Source: Candidatus Sulfotelmatobacter sp. (GTDB lineage Bacteria > Verrucomicrobiota > Verrucomicrobiia > Limisphaerales > UBA11358). Taken from it: a stretch of DNA of 64,000 nt. Position numbers and translations under genes: made by a program. Below are positions 44,598 to 53,486 of this stretch, in pieces. The notes under the pieces were generated by a model. It had not been told where the DNA came from. It searched no databases and worked only from the letters and a program-made list of their open reading frames with translations. Position 1 is the first letter of the stretch. Every line of letters starts with the position of its first letter. The stretch is from assembly GCA_035503455.1 (NCBI GenBank), contig DATJTK010000080.1, positions 73,271 to 137,270 of the forward strand. Reading direction: 5' to 3'.

Positions 44598-47390
44598 ATG
44601 AAGGCGTTGCGCGCTGACTCTTTTTCCGCGCGGCTGCTGCGGCGGTTGACCATCGCGATTATACGCCATCCGGGATGGTTCTTCTGGCCGCAGGTTGCCC
44701 TGGCCGTGGTCTCGGTCGTTATCACCGTCGGCTTCCTCAAATTTGACCCTGACCAATCGAATTTGGTTTCGCCAAAACTGGCGTATCAGCGGAATTTTTT
44801 ACACCTCCTGCACGAATTTCCCGAACAAGGCAACGATTTGACGGTCGTGGTCCAAAGCGATAATCCGGAAAAGAACCGGCAATTTATCGAGCGTCTGGCC
44901 GCCAAAATGATCCCCGAGACAAATCTGTTTCAGGACGTTTTTTATGAGGCTTACCTGCCCGCCATGGGTACCAAGGCCTTGTTTTTCGCTCCCGACTCCG
45001 ACCTGCGCGCGATTCAGCAAACGCTTCAAAACGACTTGCCGTTTATCATGCGATTTACGCAAACGTCCAACCTTTCGACTTTTTTTGAGGAAATAAACAC
45101 GATGTTCCGGACGGCATCAGGCGGGACGAACGCCCAAAACGATTCACTGATTCAGTCACTGCCCTTGCTGACAGGTATTCTGGACCAGGCAACCACCAGT
45201 ATGAACACTTCCGGCAAGCCGCCGTCCCCGGGGGCGGCTTCTTTGTTCAGCACCAATAATGCGTCGGACATATATGTCACTTTCCACGACAATCAGATTT
45301 TCGTGCTCACGACGCATGCGCCGGCCCCGGAATCGGCAGGCTCGCTTCCAACCATTTGGTCTGCGATCAGGGACTCTATTTCTCCGCCATCGGGCCCGGG
45401 CGGAGGAGACGTCACCGACGACGCCGTTGATCGTCTGCGCGTGTTAATTCACGAAACGCAGTTGGAAGTGCCGGGCCTCAATGTCGGCCTCACAGGCGGA
45501 CCGGTGTTGGATTATGACCAAATGATCCAATCGCAAAAGGACACCACGGAGGCGAGCATTCTGTCGCTGATTTTGTGCAGCATCATCTTTATCTACGGCT
45601 ACAACGAAACGGGGCGTCCGATCAAAGCGGCTTTTTGCCTCATTATTGGTTTGCTGTACACGCTGGCATTCGCAGCCTTGACGGTGGGGCATTTGAATGT
45701 TTTGACCATTACCTTCGTCCCGATGCTGATCGGCCTGGCTATCGATTTCGGCGTCCATCTCATCACCCGCTACGAAGAGGAACTCCGGCACGGCCGATTC
45801 AAAAGAACGTCGCTCAGAAAAGCCATCGTCTTTACCGGCCAGGGAATTTTTACGGGCGCGCTCACCACCGCCGGCGCGTTCATCGCCATGATTTTTACCA
45901 ATTTTCGGGGCATTCAGGAAATGGGCATTATCTGCGGTGGCGGCCTGTTGCTGTGCTTTGTGGTCATGATGACGATGCTGCCGGTGCTGCTGCTGCGCGG
46001 CCGTCAAAACGTCATTGACCGCAAATTAAAAGAGGATATCACGCGCGCCCGCATAGAAAATCTCTGGCTGCAACGGCCCGCCTGGGTCCTGGGCATCACG
46101 CTGGTCCTCTGCGCGCTGGCCGCATACCAGATTGACAGCGGCAGAGTCAAATTTGATTACAACCTCATGCAGATGCAAAGCCCGAGGCTTTCTTCGGTTG
46201 TGTACGAGCAGGTGTTGTTCAATTCCAGCAAAAAGTCGCTGTTGTCGGCGGCATTTTTGGCCACAAACCTGAACCAGGCGATTGATCTCGAAAAAAGGAT
46301 TTCGAACTTGTCCACCGGGGACGATATCGAGCCTCCGCTGGACGTGCTCGAAAATTTCATTGAATCCAACCAGGTCAAGAAGCTGCCATTAATCACTCGG
46401 ATAAAAGAGACGGTCGGTTCTTTGGATTTCAGTCCGCCGGACACACGCCCGGTAGATCTGGATGACCTCAGCGCCACGCTCTATTCTCTTTCTGGTTACT
46501 GCGGCGACGCCCTGGCACAAATCGGAACAAACGATCCGGCGCTGTCGAGCCAATTGGTTTCGCTCCGCGCGTCCATCGAAAATTTTCGCAAGACCATGCT
46601 CGCCGGCGAAGCTCCCGAATTGGCCGCCCACGCGCGCCAGCTCTCGGCATTTCAACAGGCGTTCTTTAATGATATCCGCAGCACGTTTGAATCCTTCAAA
46701 AACCAAAATACCAGTTCTCCCATGACGATCGATGACCTGCCTGTCGCCTTGCGCGATCAATTCATTAGTCCCGACGGCCAGTTTCTGGTTGAAGTCTTTC
46801 CGAAAACAGACGTCTGGCAGCGCAAAAATCAGGAGGCATTTGTGACGCAGATGCAGGCGATTGATCGGAATGTAACCGGCATTCCCGTACAGCTATATGC
46901 GTACGAATCATTGCTGAAAAATAGCTACGTTCAGGCCGCGTGGTATGCCCTCATCGCCATCGCCATTTTGGTGTTCGCGCATTTTCGTAGCGTGCATGCC
47001 GTGGTGTTGGCGTTGCTGCCGGTCGCCATTGGCGGACTTTGGCTTTGCGGCCTGATGGGCTGGTTCGGCATTTCCTTTAACCTCGCCAATATTATGACCC
47101 TGCCCCTGGTCATTGGCATCGGCGTCACCAATGGCATTCAAATTCTCAACCGCTTTGCCGAGGAACGCACTCCTGGCATCCTCTCGCGCAGCACAGGCAA
47201 AGCAGTCCTGGTGTCGGGATTGACCGCGATTTCTGGTTTCGGCAGTCTCATCATCGCCCAACATCGGGGTATTCGCAGCCTGGGTGAAGTCATGGCAATG
47301 GGTATTGCATTGTGCATGATCGCTGCTTTGACATTTTTACCGGCGTTGCTCAATTTGCTCGGACGTTGGCGCCCCTTAATCAGGAAATGA
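44598..47390 (+). CDS. MMPL/RND-superfamily transporter (HpnN-like hopanoid transporter candidate)
   Basis: 930 aa. It has two 6-TM MMPL bundles (..LNVLTITFVPMLIGLAIDFGVHLITRYEEE.. and ..FNLANIMTLPLVIGIGVTNGIQILNRFAEE..), each preceded by a large loop. The HpnN assignment is inferred from architecture plus the presence of hpnH/hpnJ in the window. Confidence 0.75.
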   Translation: MKALRADSFSARLLRRLTIAIIRHPGWFFWPQVALAVVSVVITVGFLKFDPDQSNLVSPKLAYQRNFLHLLHEFPEQGNDLTVVVQSDNPEKNRQFIERLAAKMIPETNLFQDVFYEAYLPAMGTKALFFAPDSDLRAIQQTLQNDLPFIMRFTQTSNLSTFFEEINTMFRTASGGTNAQNDSLIQSLPLLTGILDQATTSMNTSGKPPSPGAASLFSTNNASDIYVTFHDNQIFVLTTHAPAPESAGSLPTIWSAIRDSISPPSGPGGGDVTDDAVDRLRVLIHETQLEVPGLNVGLTGGPVLDYDQMIQSQKDTTEASILSLILCSIIFIYGYNETGRPIKAAFCLIIGLLYTLAFAALTVGHLNVLTITFVPMLIGLAIDFGVHLITRYEEELRHGRFKRTSLRKAIVFTGQGIFTGALTTAGAFIAMIFTNFRGIQEMGIICGGGLLLCFVVMMTMLPVLLLRGRQNVIDRKLKEDITRARIENLWLQRPAWVLGITLVLCALAAYQIDSGRVKFDYNLMQMQSPRLSSVVYEQVLFNSSKKSLLSAAFLATNLNQAIDLEKRISNLSTGDDIEPPLDVLENFIESNQVKKLPLITRIKETVGSLDFSPPDTRPVDLDDLSATLYSLSGYCGDALAQIGTNDPALSSQLVSLRASIENFRKTMLAGEAPELAAHARQLSAFQQAFFNDIRSTFESFKNQNTSSPMTIDDLPVALRDQFISPDGQFLVEVFPKTDVWQRKNQEAFVTQMQAIDRNVTGIPVQLYAYESLLKNSYVQAAWYALIAIAILVFAHFRSVHAVVLALLPVAIGGLWLCGLMGWFGISFNLANIMTLPLVIGIGVTNGIQILNRFAEERTPGILSRSTGKAVLVSGLTAISGFGSLIIAQHRGIRSLGEVMAMGIALCMIAALTFLPALLNLLGRWRPLIRK

Positions 47391-47516
47391 ATATCGTTAA
47401 AAAATTAAAAATAAAAAACCCAGCGCCGACAATCGCCGACACTGGGTCAGGAGGAACCGAGGTCAAAAACCTCATGGATAAACAGATTAATTGAACCCGC
47501 CCAAAAGTCAACATCA

Positions 47517-48989
47517 ATGTTAAAAATCGCTCAATCCAGCCTAAAGACAGCGGGTAACGCATTATCATTAACGATAACGTTGGTCGCGCTTTTTTTCTCG
47601 ATTTGTTCCCTTTTTGGCAGTGATTTCTCCGCTGGCCCGATATTTGATCAATTTCCATTGACGATTGGAACAGGCCAGCGGACCGAAATTGCCGGGCCCT
47701 TTTACTACAATGAGCAGAATGACTCAGAAAAAACGTGGGCGTTCCCGCCGTTTTTTTCGCGCTGGGAAGACCCGACGATCGACGCATCTGAGGACCAGTC
47801 CCTTTATCCGATTTTTTCCTACGTAAGATATGGGAACCAATACCGTGCGCAGTTTGTCGAATTGTTCAGTTGGGCAGGCGGCGAAAATCAGGGCAATGTC
47901 CATGCGCATCGCGTCATGGTGTTCCCGGTTTATTTTCGACAGCGTTCCTCGAACACCAACGACAACTACACGGCCGTGTTTCCCATCTACGGGCGCCTGA
48001 AAAACGTCCTCTTTCGGGACGAAATTTATTTCGTGATGTTTCCCGGGTATAGCAGAACGCGTTTGCGGGACGTGGTGAATTACAATTATTTCTATCCGTT
48101 TGTAAACACTCGCCACGGTAATGGATTGAGCGGCTGGCAATTCTGGCCGTTTTACGGAACCGAGCACAAGGTGCTGACCTTGGTCACCAATACGTGGGGC
48201 GTCGAAACCAACGCCGGCCACGACCAATCCTTTGTGATGTGGCCGGTTCATTTCAGGCAGAACAACGGCATTGGCACCGACGACCCGGAACGATTGCGCG
48301 CGAACCTGCCCTTCTATGCTTCCATCCGCTCGCCCAAACGCGATTCGACTTCCGTGCTCTGGCCTTTTTTCAACTTTATTAACGACCGCGACAGAAAATA
48401 TCGGGAAATCCAAACTCCCTGGCCAATCATCGAATTCGCGCATGGCGAAGGAAAACATGCGACGCGTATTTTCCCCTTCTACAGCCTCGCCTATAACGAT
48501 TCATTGCTGGATAAATTCTATCTCTGGCCTGTTTACAAATATGATTCGATTTATTCCCCGCCGCTGGACGAGCGCCGCGGGCGCGTTTTCTTTTTCCTGT
48601 ACCAAAACACATCCGAGAAAAACACTGAGACCGGAAAGTTCAGGCGGCGCATAGACCTGTGGCCTTTCGCGCTTTATGCCCATGACTTCGACGGCAGTAC
48701 GCGCCTCCAAATCCTGGCCTTGCTCGAAACCTTCACGCCGGACAGCCCCGGCATCAACCGCAATTGGTCGCCGCTCTGGTCCATTTGGCGTTCCGAAAAC
48801 AATCCCTCAACAGGCGCCAACAGCCAGTCCTTCCTGTGGAATTTGTACCGGCGCGATGCTTCACCGGAAGCGAAGAAAATCTCCTGTCTCTTCGGGCTTT
48901 ATCAGTATCAAGCCAATCCGGAAGGCAAGACAGTCCGATTGTTTTATATTCCAGTGGTCAAACAGCACACCGCAACGGCCATGAAATAG
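47517..48989 (+). CDS. Hypothetical secreted/outer-membrane-like protein with repeated aromatic W-P-[FV] motifs
   Basis: N-terminal hydrophobic signal-like segment. Recurring motifs: FPPFFSRW, LYPIFSYV, VFPVYF, VFPIYGR, FWPFYG, MWPVHF, LWPFFNF, IFPFYS, LWPVYKY, LWPFALY. It lies 127 nt downstream of the MMPL gene. Confidence 0.55.
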   Translation: MLKIAQSSLKTAGNALSLTITLVALFFSICSLFGSDFSAGPIFDQFPLTIGTGQRTEIAGPFYYNEQNDSEKTWAFPPFFSRWEDPTIDASEDQSLYPIFSYVRYGNQYRAQFVELFSWAGGENQGNVHAHRVMVFPVYFRQRSSNTNDNYTAVFPIYGRLKNVLFRDEIYFVMFPGYSRTRLRDVVNYNYFYPFVNTRHGNGLSGWQFWPFYGTEHKVLTLVTNTWGVETNAGHDQSFVMWPVHFRQNNGIGTDDPERLRANLPFYASIRSPKRDSTSVLWPFFNFINDRDRKYREIQTPWPIIEFAHGEGKHATRIFPFYSLAYNDSLLDKFYLWPVYKYDSIYSPPLDERRGRVFFFLYQNTSEKNTETGKFRRRIDLWPFALYAHDFDGSTRLQILALLETFTPDSPGINRNWSPLWSIWRSENNPSTGANSQSFLWNLYRRDASPEAKKISCLFGLYQYQANPEGKTVRLFYIPVVKQHTATAMK

Positions 48990-49026
48990 CAGAGCCCCGA
49001 CCGCCGTGCCTTGGCTTTCCGAAGGC

Positions 49027-49270
49027 GGGTGAAAATTCGCCCAGGGAAACTTCGCGAATTGAACCCTGAACCGGGCTGATTGTTCGCCCCGTCAAACCAT
49101 CGGACGATGATTCTCCCTCTCCCTTTGGGAGCCCTTTGGGAGAGGGCCGGGGTGAGAATTCGCCCAAGGAAAACTTCGCGCATTGAACCTCTGAACCGGG
49201 ATAATTGTTCGCCGTGTCAAACCATCGGACGATGATTCTCCCTCTCCCAGCGGGAGAGGGATGGGGTGAG
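49027..49270 (+). repeat. Tandem ~122-bp repeat units each ending in a ctccctctccc...gggagaggg hairpin
   Basis: Unit 1 starts at 49027 (gggtgaaaattcgcccagggaaacttcgcgaattgaaccctgaaccggg...). Unit 2 starts at 49149 (ggggtgagaattcgcccaaggaaaacttcgcgcattgaacctctgaaccggg...). A third, partial start is at 49263. The sub-repeat gagaatcgttcga(a/g)tga(g/t)aatgttgcggtt recurs at 49270 and 49512. Confidence 0.85.
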
Positions 49271-49657
49271 GGAGAATCGTTCGAATGAGAATGTTGCGGT
49301 TCATGGGGAGGGGGGTATCGTTCGAATGAAAGCAATCGAAAATTTCACCATTTACAATTTGCGCATCAAGCGTTAACGGTCTGTTGAACCATTAAGTCGT
49401 TGATTTTGAAGCATGTAACCTTAATTCGTTAACCCTTTTTCCACCTCATACCCCTCTTACTCACCGCGCCGACACTTTTCGGCAAGGGCAGTGATGGAAA
49501 GGGAGAATCGTTCGAGTGATAATGTTGCGGTTTATGGTGAGGGAGGGGGCCTTCGCGTCTTTGCGCCTTTGTTGTTCAAACCTCAAACCTCCAACCCGCA
49601 AAAAACAATTTCCACAAAATCCAACCAGAGGATATGCTGGAACTGATTGCATTTTAA

Positions 49658-51034
49658 ATGTCCACGCTGAACGTCAATCTGGATTTGGTGAAGAAATACA
49701 ACGTGCCCGGGCCGCGCTATACAAGCTATCCGCCGGCCACAAAATTCACGCACGCCCTCGCGTGGCCGGAACTTTTTGAGAAAATCGCGGTAAACAACCG
49801 CTCCGGCCGCGGACTCTCGCTTTATTTCCATATCCCGTTTTGCGAAACCCTTTGCTGGTTTTGCGGCTGTACAACCGTAATTACAAATAATCACGGGCAG
49901 GCAAAATCGTATTTGGACCACCTGGAAAAGGAAGTCACACGCATGGCCTTGCTGCTGGACCCGGGACGGGAAGTCGTTCAATTGCATTGGGGCGGCGGTT
50001 CGCCAACGTTTCTGCAGCCGGATGAAATCCGACGCCTCGGCGACATCATTCGCAATCGGTTTAACTTTTCCGGCGACGTCGAAGCCAGCGTGGAAATTGA
50101 TCCGCGCCGGCTGACGCGCGACCACGTGGTTGCGTTGCGCGACGCGGGCTTCAATCGGGCATCCCTGGGTGTGCAGGATTTCGAGCCGCACGTGCAGGAA
50201 GCCATCCATCGTATCCAGCCCAGGGACATGACCCAACAGGCGCTGGATTGGGCGCGTGAAATGGGGTTCCGCTCGGTGAATTTCGACCTGATTTACGGTC
50301 TTCCCCATCAAACGGTCAAATCGTTCAGCCGGACATTGGAGGCAGTCATGGAAATGGCGCCGGACCGGCTGGCCGTTTTCAGCTACGCGCACGTGCCGTG
50401 GATCAAACCGGCGCAAAAAAATTTGGAACAAAAGGTCCTGCCAACGCCGGAAACGAAACTGGAATTGCTGAAGATCGTGATCGAACGGCTGACCGAAGGC
50501 AGGCGTTATGTCTATATCGGAATGGACCATTTTGCGCGCCCCACCGATGAGCTGGTCACAGCCCAACGCAACAAGACCCTGCAACGGAATTTCCAGGGGT
50601 ACAGCACGCGCGGAAACGCGGACATTTATGCGTTCGGCATGAGCGCAATTTCGCAAACACCGGATATATACTGGCAAAATGAAAAGGAATTGTCCGCTTA
50701 CTATGCCGCGCTGGACTCGGGCAACGCCCCTTTCCCGCGGAGCTATATTCTGACGGATGAAGATAAAATCAGGCGTGAAACAATCATGCGAGTCATGTGC
50801 AATCTCTCGCTGGATTTCGCGGCCATGTCCCGCGAGCTGGGCATTGCGTTTGAAGAACACTTTGCCGATGAATTGGATGCCCTTGCGCCGTTCGAGGAGG
50901 ACGGATTGGTCCGCCGCTTTGCCGGCGGCCTGGAGGTAACAGAAACCGGCCGGCTGTTTATCCGGAACATCGCAATGTGTTTCGATAATACACTGGCGCC
51001 CCAGGGAGAACGCCGCTTTTCAAAGACGATCTAG
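49658..51034 (+). CDS. hemN: Oxygen-independent coproporphyrinogen III oxidase (radical SAM)
   Basis: YNVPGPRYTSYPPATKF, LSLYFHIPFCETLCWFCGC, GGGSPTF and SLGVQDF motifs. Length is 458 aa. Confidence 0.95.
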   Translation: MSTLNVNLDLVKKYNVPGPRYTSYPPATKFTHALAWPELFEKIAVNNRSGRGLSLYFHIPFCETLCWFCGCTTVITNNHGQAKSYLDHLEKEVTRMALLLDPGREVVQLHWGGGSPTFLQPDEIRRLGDIIRNRFNFSGDVEASVEIDPRRLTRDHVVALRDAGFNRASLGVQDFEPHVQEAIHRIQPRDMTQQALDWAREMGFRSVNFDLIYGLPHQTVKSFSRTLEAVMEMAPDRLAVFSYAHVPWIKPAQKNLEQKVLPTPETKLELLKIVIERLTEGRRYVYIGMDHFARPTDELVTAQRNKTLQRNFQGYSTRGNADIYAFGMSAISQTPDIYWQNEKELSAYYAALDSGNAPFPRSYILTDEDKIRRETIMRVMCNLSLDFAAMSRELGIAFEEHFADELDALAPFEEDGLVRRFAGGLEVTETGRLFIRNIAMCFDNTLAPQGERRFSKTI

Positions 51035-51090
51035 TTGTGTTCGGTGTACACGCTTTAGCGTGCTCCCCGGATATCAGTGGTGCCACCTTC

Positions 51091-51133
51091 ATTCGATTTT
51101 GGGCGTTCGATGTTCGATGTTCGATGTTTTGGG
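51091..51133. repeat. (CGATGTT)n heptamer repeat element
   Basis: The sequence attcgattttgggcgttcgatgttcgatgttcgatgttttggg lies downstream of hemN and directly follows a cacgctttagcgtg hairpin copy (51041-70). Confidence 0.8.
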
Positions 51134-51195
51134 ACTGCCTGAACCCTGTTTCGAGCCCTATTGACCTTCACGCCGTCCCCTGCTATTATTGCTTC

Positions 51196-51313
51196 GTGAA
51201 TCGCAACTTAAACCTGAATCTGCTGCTACTGCGTCGCATGGCGGTCGGGTTCTGATTTGCATTCAACGTTTTATCAAACCCCATCGCCAACCCGGCGATG
51301 GGGTTTTTGTTTT
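51196..51313 (+). promoter_or_regulatory. Leucine leader peptide + transcription attenuator upstream of leuA
   Basis: The GTG at 51196 opens a 19-codon ORF, VNRNLNLNLLLLRRMAVGF* (6 Leu, 4 of them consecutive), with its stop at 51253-55. A perfect terminator follows. The segment ggcggtcggg (51240-49) could alternatively pair with the terminator 5' arm. Confidence 0.6.
51279..51313 (+). terminator. Intrinsic terminator (attenuator 3:4 hairpin)
   Basis: A perfect 10-bp stem pairs ccccatcgcc (51279-88) with ggcgatgggg (51294-303). The loop is aaccc, followed by tttttgtttt. The terminator ends 47 nt before the leuA ATG. Confidence 0.75.
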
Positions 51314-51359
51314 CATGTAGCACGAGAGCAAAAGCGCCATCGCCATAACTGAAAGAAAC

Positions 51360-53018
51360 ATGCAACAAGAACCGTCGAAAAAGTATCGTCCGTTTCCGCA
51401 AGTGCCATTGCCGGACCGCCAATGGCCCGCTCGCACCCTCACGCGCGCGCCCATCTGGTGCAGCGTGGATTTGCGCGACGGAAACCAGGCGCTTGCCGTG
51501 CCCATGAACGTTTCACAAAAACTCGACCTGTTCCAGACACTCGTCAAAATCGGGTTCAAGGAAATTGAAGTCGGATTTCCCTCCGCCTCAAATACCGAGT
51601 TCACATTCAACCGCGGGCTCATCGAGGAAAATCGCGCGCCCGCCCACGTCTGGCTCCAATGCCTCGTGCAGGCGCGCGAGGATTTGATCGAGCGGACCGT
51701 GGAATCGCTCATCGGCGCGAAAAAAGCGATCATTCACTTATATAACTCCACCTCGCCGGCGCAACGGCGGGTCGTATTCGGGAAATCGAAGGAGGAAATC
51801 ATTCAAGTGGCCGTGCGCGGAACGGCATGGATCAAGGAACGCGTCTCGCGCCTTAAAGGCACAGAAGTCATGTTCCAGTATTCACCCGAGAGCTTTTCCG
51901 GCACCGAAGTGGAATTTGCAAAGGACATTTCGGAAGCGGTCATCGATGTGTGGCAGCCCACGCCCGAGCGAAAGATGATTTTGAACCTCCCGGACACCGT
52001 GGAAGTGGCCATGCCCAACGTCTATGCCGACCAGATTGAATGGATGTGCCGCAACATCAAAAAGCGCGATTCAGTCATTATTAGCCTGCACACACACAAT
52101 GACCGCAGCACCGGCGTGGCAGCCACGGAATTGGGGTTGCTCGCGGGCGCTGAACGCGTGGAAGGCACGCTCTTCGGCAACGGCGAACGCACCGGCAATT
52201 TGGACATCGTTACAGTCGCGCTCAACCTCTACATGCACGGCATTGATCCGGGCCTGAATCTTTCGAATTTAAATTCGATCGTTGAGGTCTACGAACGCTG
52301 CACCGGCATGATTGTCCCGCCGCGCCATCCGTACGCCGGGGAGCTGGTGTTTACCGCATTCAGCGGGTCGCACCAGGACGCCATCCGCAAGGGGTTGGCC
52401 GAATGGAAACAGCGCGGGCAGGCGCATTGGGACGTGCCCTATCTCACCATCGACCCGGCCGACATCGGACGTGAGTATCGCGAAGTCATCCGCGTTAATT
52501 CCCAGAGCGGCAAAGGCGGCGTGGCCTATCTTCTGGAAAGCGAATTTGGCATCGAACTGCCCAAAGAAATGCAGCGCGAATTTGGACCCATAGCCAATGA
52601 CGCCGTGGACCGGCTCGGACGCGAGGTCCTGGGCGCTGAACTGAAGCAAATGTTTTGGAAAGAATACGTGGAACGGGATTCACCGTGGCAGTTAAAATCG
52701 TTTGCCACGGAGAGCAAAAATGGGGTGGTCAAATGCCGCGCCGCGTTGACTCGCGCCGGCGCGCCCGTTGAAATTTCCGGCGAAGGCAACGGCCCATTGG
52801 CCGCCCTCGTTCACGGCCTGGGCACAACCGGCGCGCGCTTCGAAATCTTGAACTACAGTGAACACGCCCTTAGCTCCGGCGAAGAAGCCGCGGCCATAGC
52901 CTATATCCAAATTAAAACCCCCGATGGCCAGGCCCGCTGGGGCGCTGGGGTGGATACCAACATCGAATTGGCCAGCGTGCGTGCAGTGCTGAGCGCGCTA
53001 AACCGGATTGGTGGATAA
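51360..53018 (+). CDS. leuA: 2-isopropylmalate synthase (long LeuA form)
   Basis: KYRPFPQVPLPDRQWP..APIWCSVDLRDGNQAL, HTHNDR, GERTGN, and a C-terminal LeuA dimerisation/regulatory domain. Length is 552 aa. Confidence 0.95.
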   Translation: MQQEPSKKYRPFPQVPLPDRQWPARTLTRAPIWCSVDLRDGNQALAVPMNVSQKLDLFQTLVKIGFKEIEVGFPSASNTEFTFNRGLIEENRAPAHVWLQCLVQAREDLIERTVESLIGAKKAIIHLYNSTSPAQRRVVFGKSKEEIIQVAVRGTAWIKERVSRLKGTEVMFQYSPESFSGTEVEFAKDISEAVIDVWQPTPERKMILNLPDTVEVAMPNVYADQIEWMCRNIKKRDSVIISLHTHNDRSTGVAATELGLLAGAERVEGTLFGNGERTGNLDIVTVALNLYMHGIDPGLNLSNLNSIVEVYERCTGMIVPPRHPYAGELVFTAFSGSHQDAIRKGLAEWKQRGQAHWDVPYLTIDPADIGREYREVIRVNSQSGKGGVAYLLESEFGIELPKEMQREFGPIANDAVDRLGREVLGAELKQMFWKEYVERDSPWQLKSFATESKNGVVKCRAALTRAGAPVEISGEGNGPLAALVHGLGTTGARFEILNYSEHALSSGEEAAAIAYIQIKTPDGQARWGAGVDTNIELASVRAVLSALNRIGG

Positions 53019-53057
53019 ATGGATTGATGGATTATTGGATTGATGGGAATCCCGTTT

Positions 53058-53387
53058 CACATTTTTTGGGTGTACGAAATGAAACGGCGAAACGGGAGGG
53101 ATTTGAGTGAGGAAAATGTGTTTTTAATGGGGATTTTGAAGGTTTTGGCGAAGGCGAGAGGAAACGGCATGGAGAGCCTGAGTGAATAAGGCAGGTCAGC
53201 CCGATTGAGACCCGCGGAAGGCTCACCTGAAGCGATCCAGCAGCCAACGGGCGGCTCTTCGCGCACGACAACCCACCGTTTCCAGGTCCCTGGCCATTTT
53301 TCCCAAAATCGCCAATATAAACGTACTTTTTCGCAAAAATCCCGTTCGTTTCCCTTTTGCAATCCCCATATCCAAAAAATGTGCGCG
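53058..53387. repeat. Inverted pair of the ~105-bp dispersed element (arms 53058-53150 and 53281-53387)
   Basis: The left arm begins cacattttttgggtgtacgaaatgaaacggcgaaacggg. The right arm ends cccgttcgtttcccttttgcaatccccatatccaaaaaatgtgcgcg, which is its reverse complement type. Both resemble 8254-8359. Confidence 0.6.
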
Positions 53388-53486
53388 AGTCTTAGTTAGG
53401 GCCTCCCAGTGGCCTCATCCTTTTTCCTTTTTCCTTTTTAATTCTTTCCCTATCCTCCCGTGAACGCGACGACGTCGCGAGTCATC

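Noticed and set aside
49027-49270. Possible CRISPR array (regularly spaced palindromic repeats)
   Set aside because: The segments between the hairpins are themselves conserved between units, so they are not unique spacers. The unit length is about 122 bp, there are only 2-3 units, and no cas genes are present.
48944-49335. Several 70-125-aa ORFs (48944-49183, 48958-49335, 49092-49304, 48764-49069) giving PLPLGEGE/SPRPSP-type peptides; likewise 8181-8615 and 8616-8978
   Set aside because: They translate the tandem or dispersed hairpin repeats, and the same peptide strings recur wherever the repeat occurs. They are not protein-coding.
49583-50860. 425-aa ORF on the minus strand
   Set aside because: It is entirely antisense to the well-supported hemN gene. 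The sequence is Arg/His/Gln-rich with no motifs, typical of a shadow ORF in GC-rich coding DNA.
51037-51255. 72-aa ORF spanning the hemN-leuA spacer
   Set aside because: Its 5' two-thirds translates the hairpin and heptamer repeats (MFDVRCSMF...). Only the last 19 codons, from GTG 51196, are interpreted as the Leu leader peptide.
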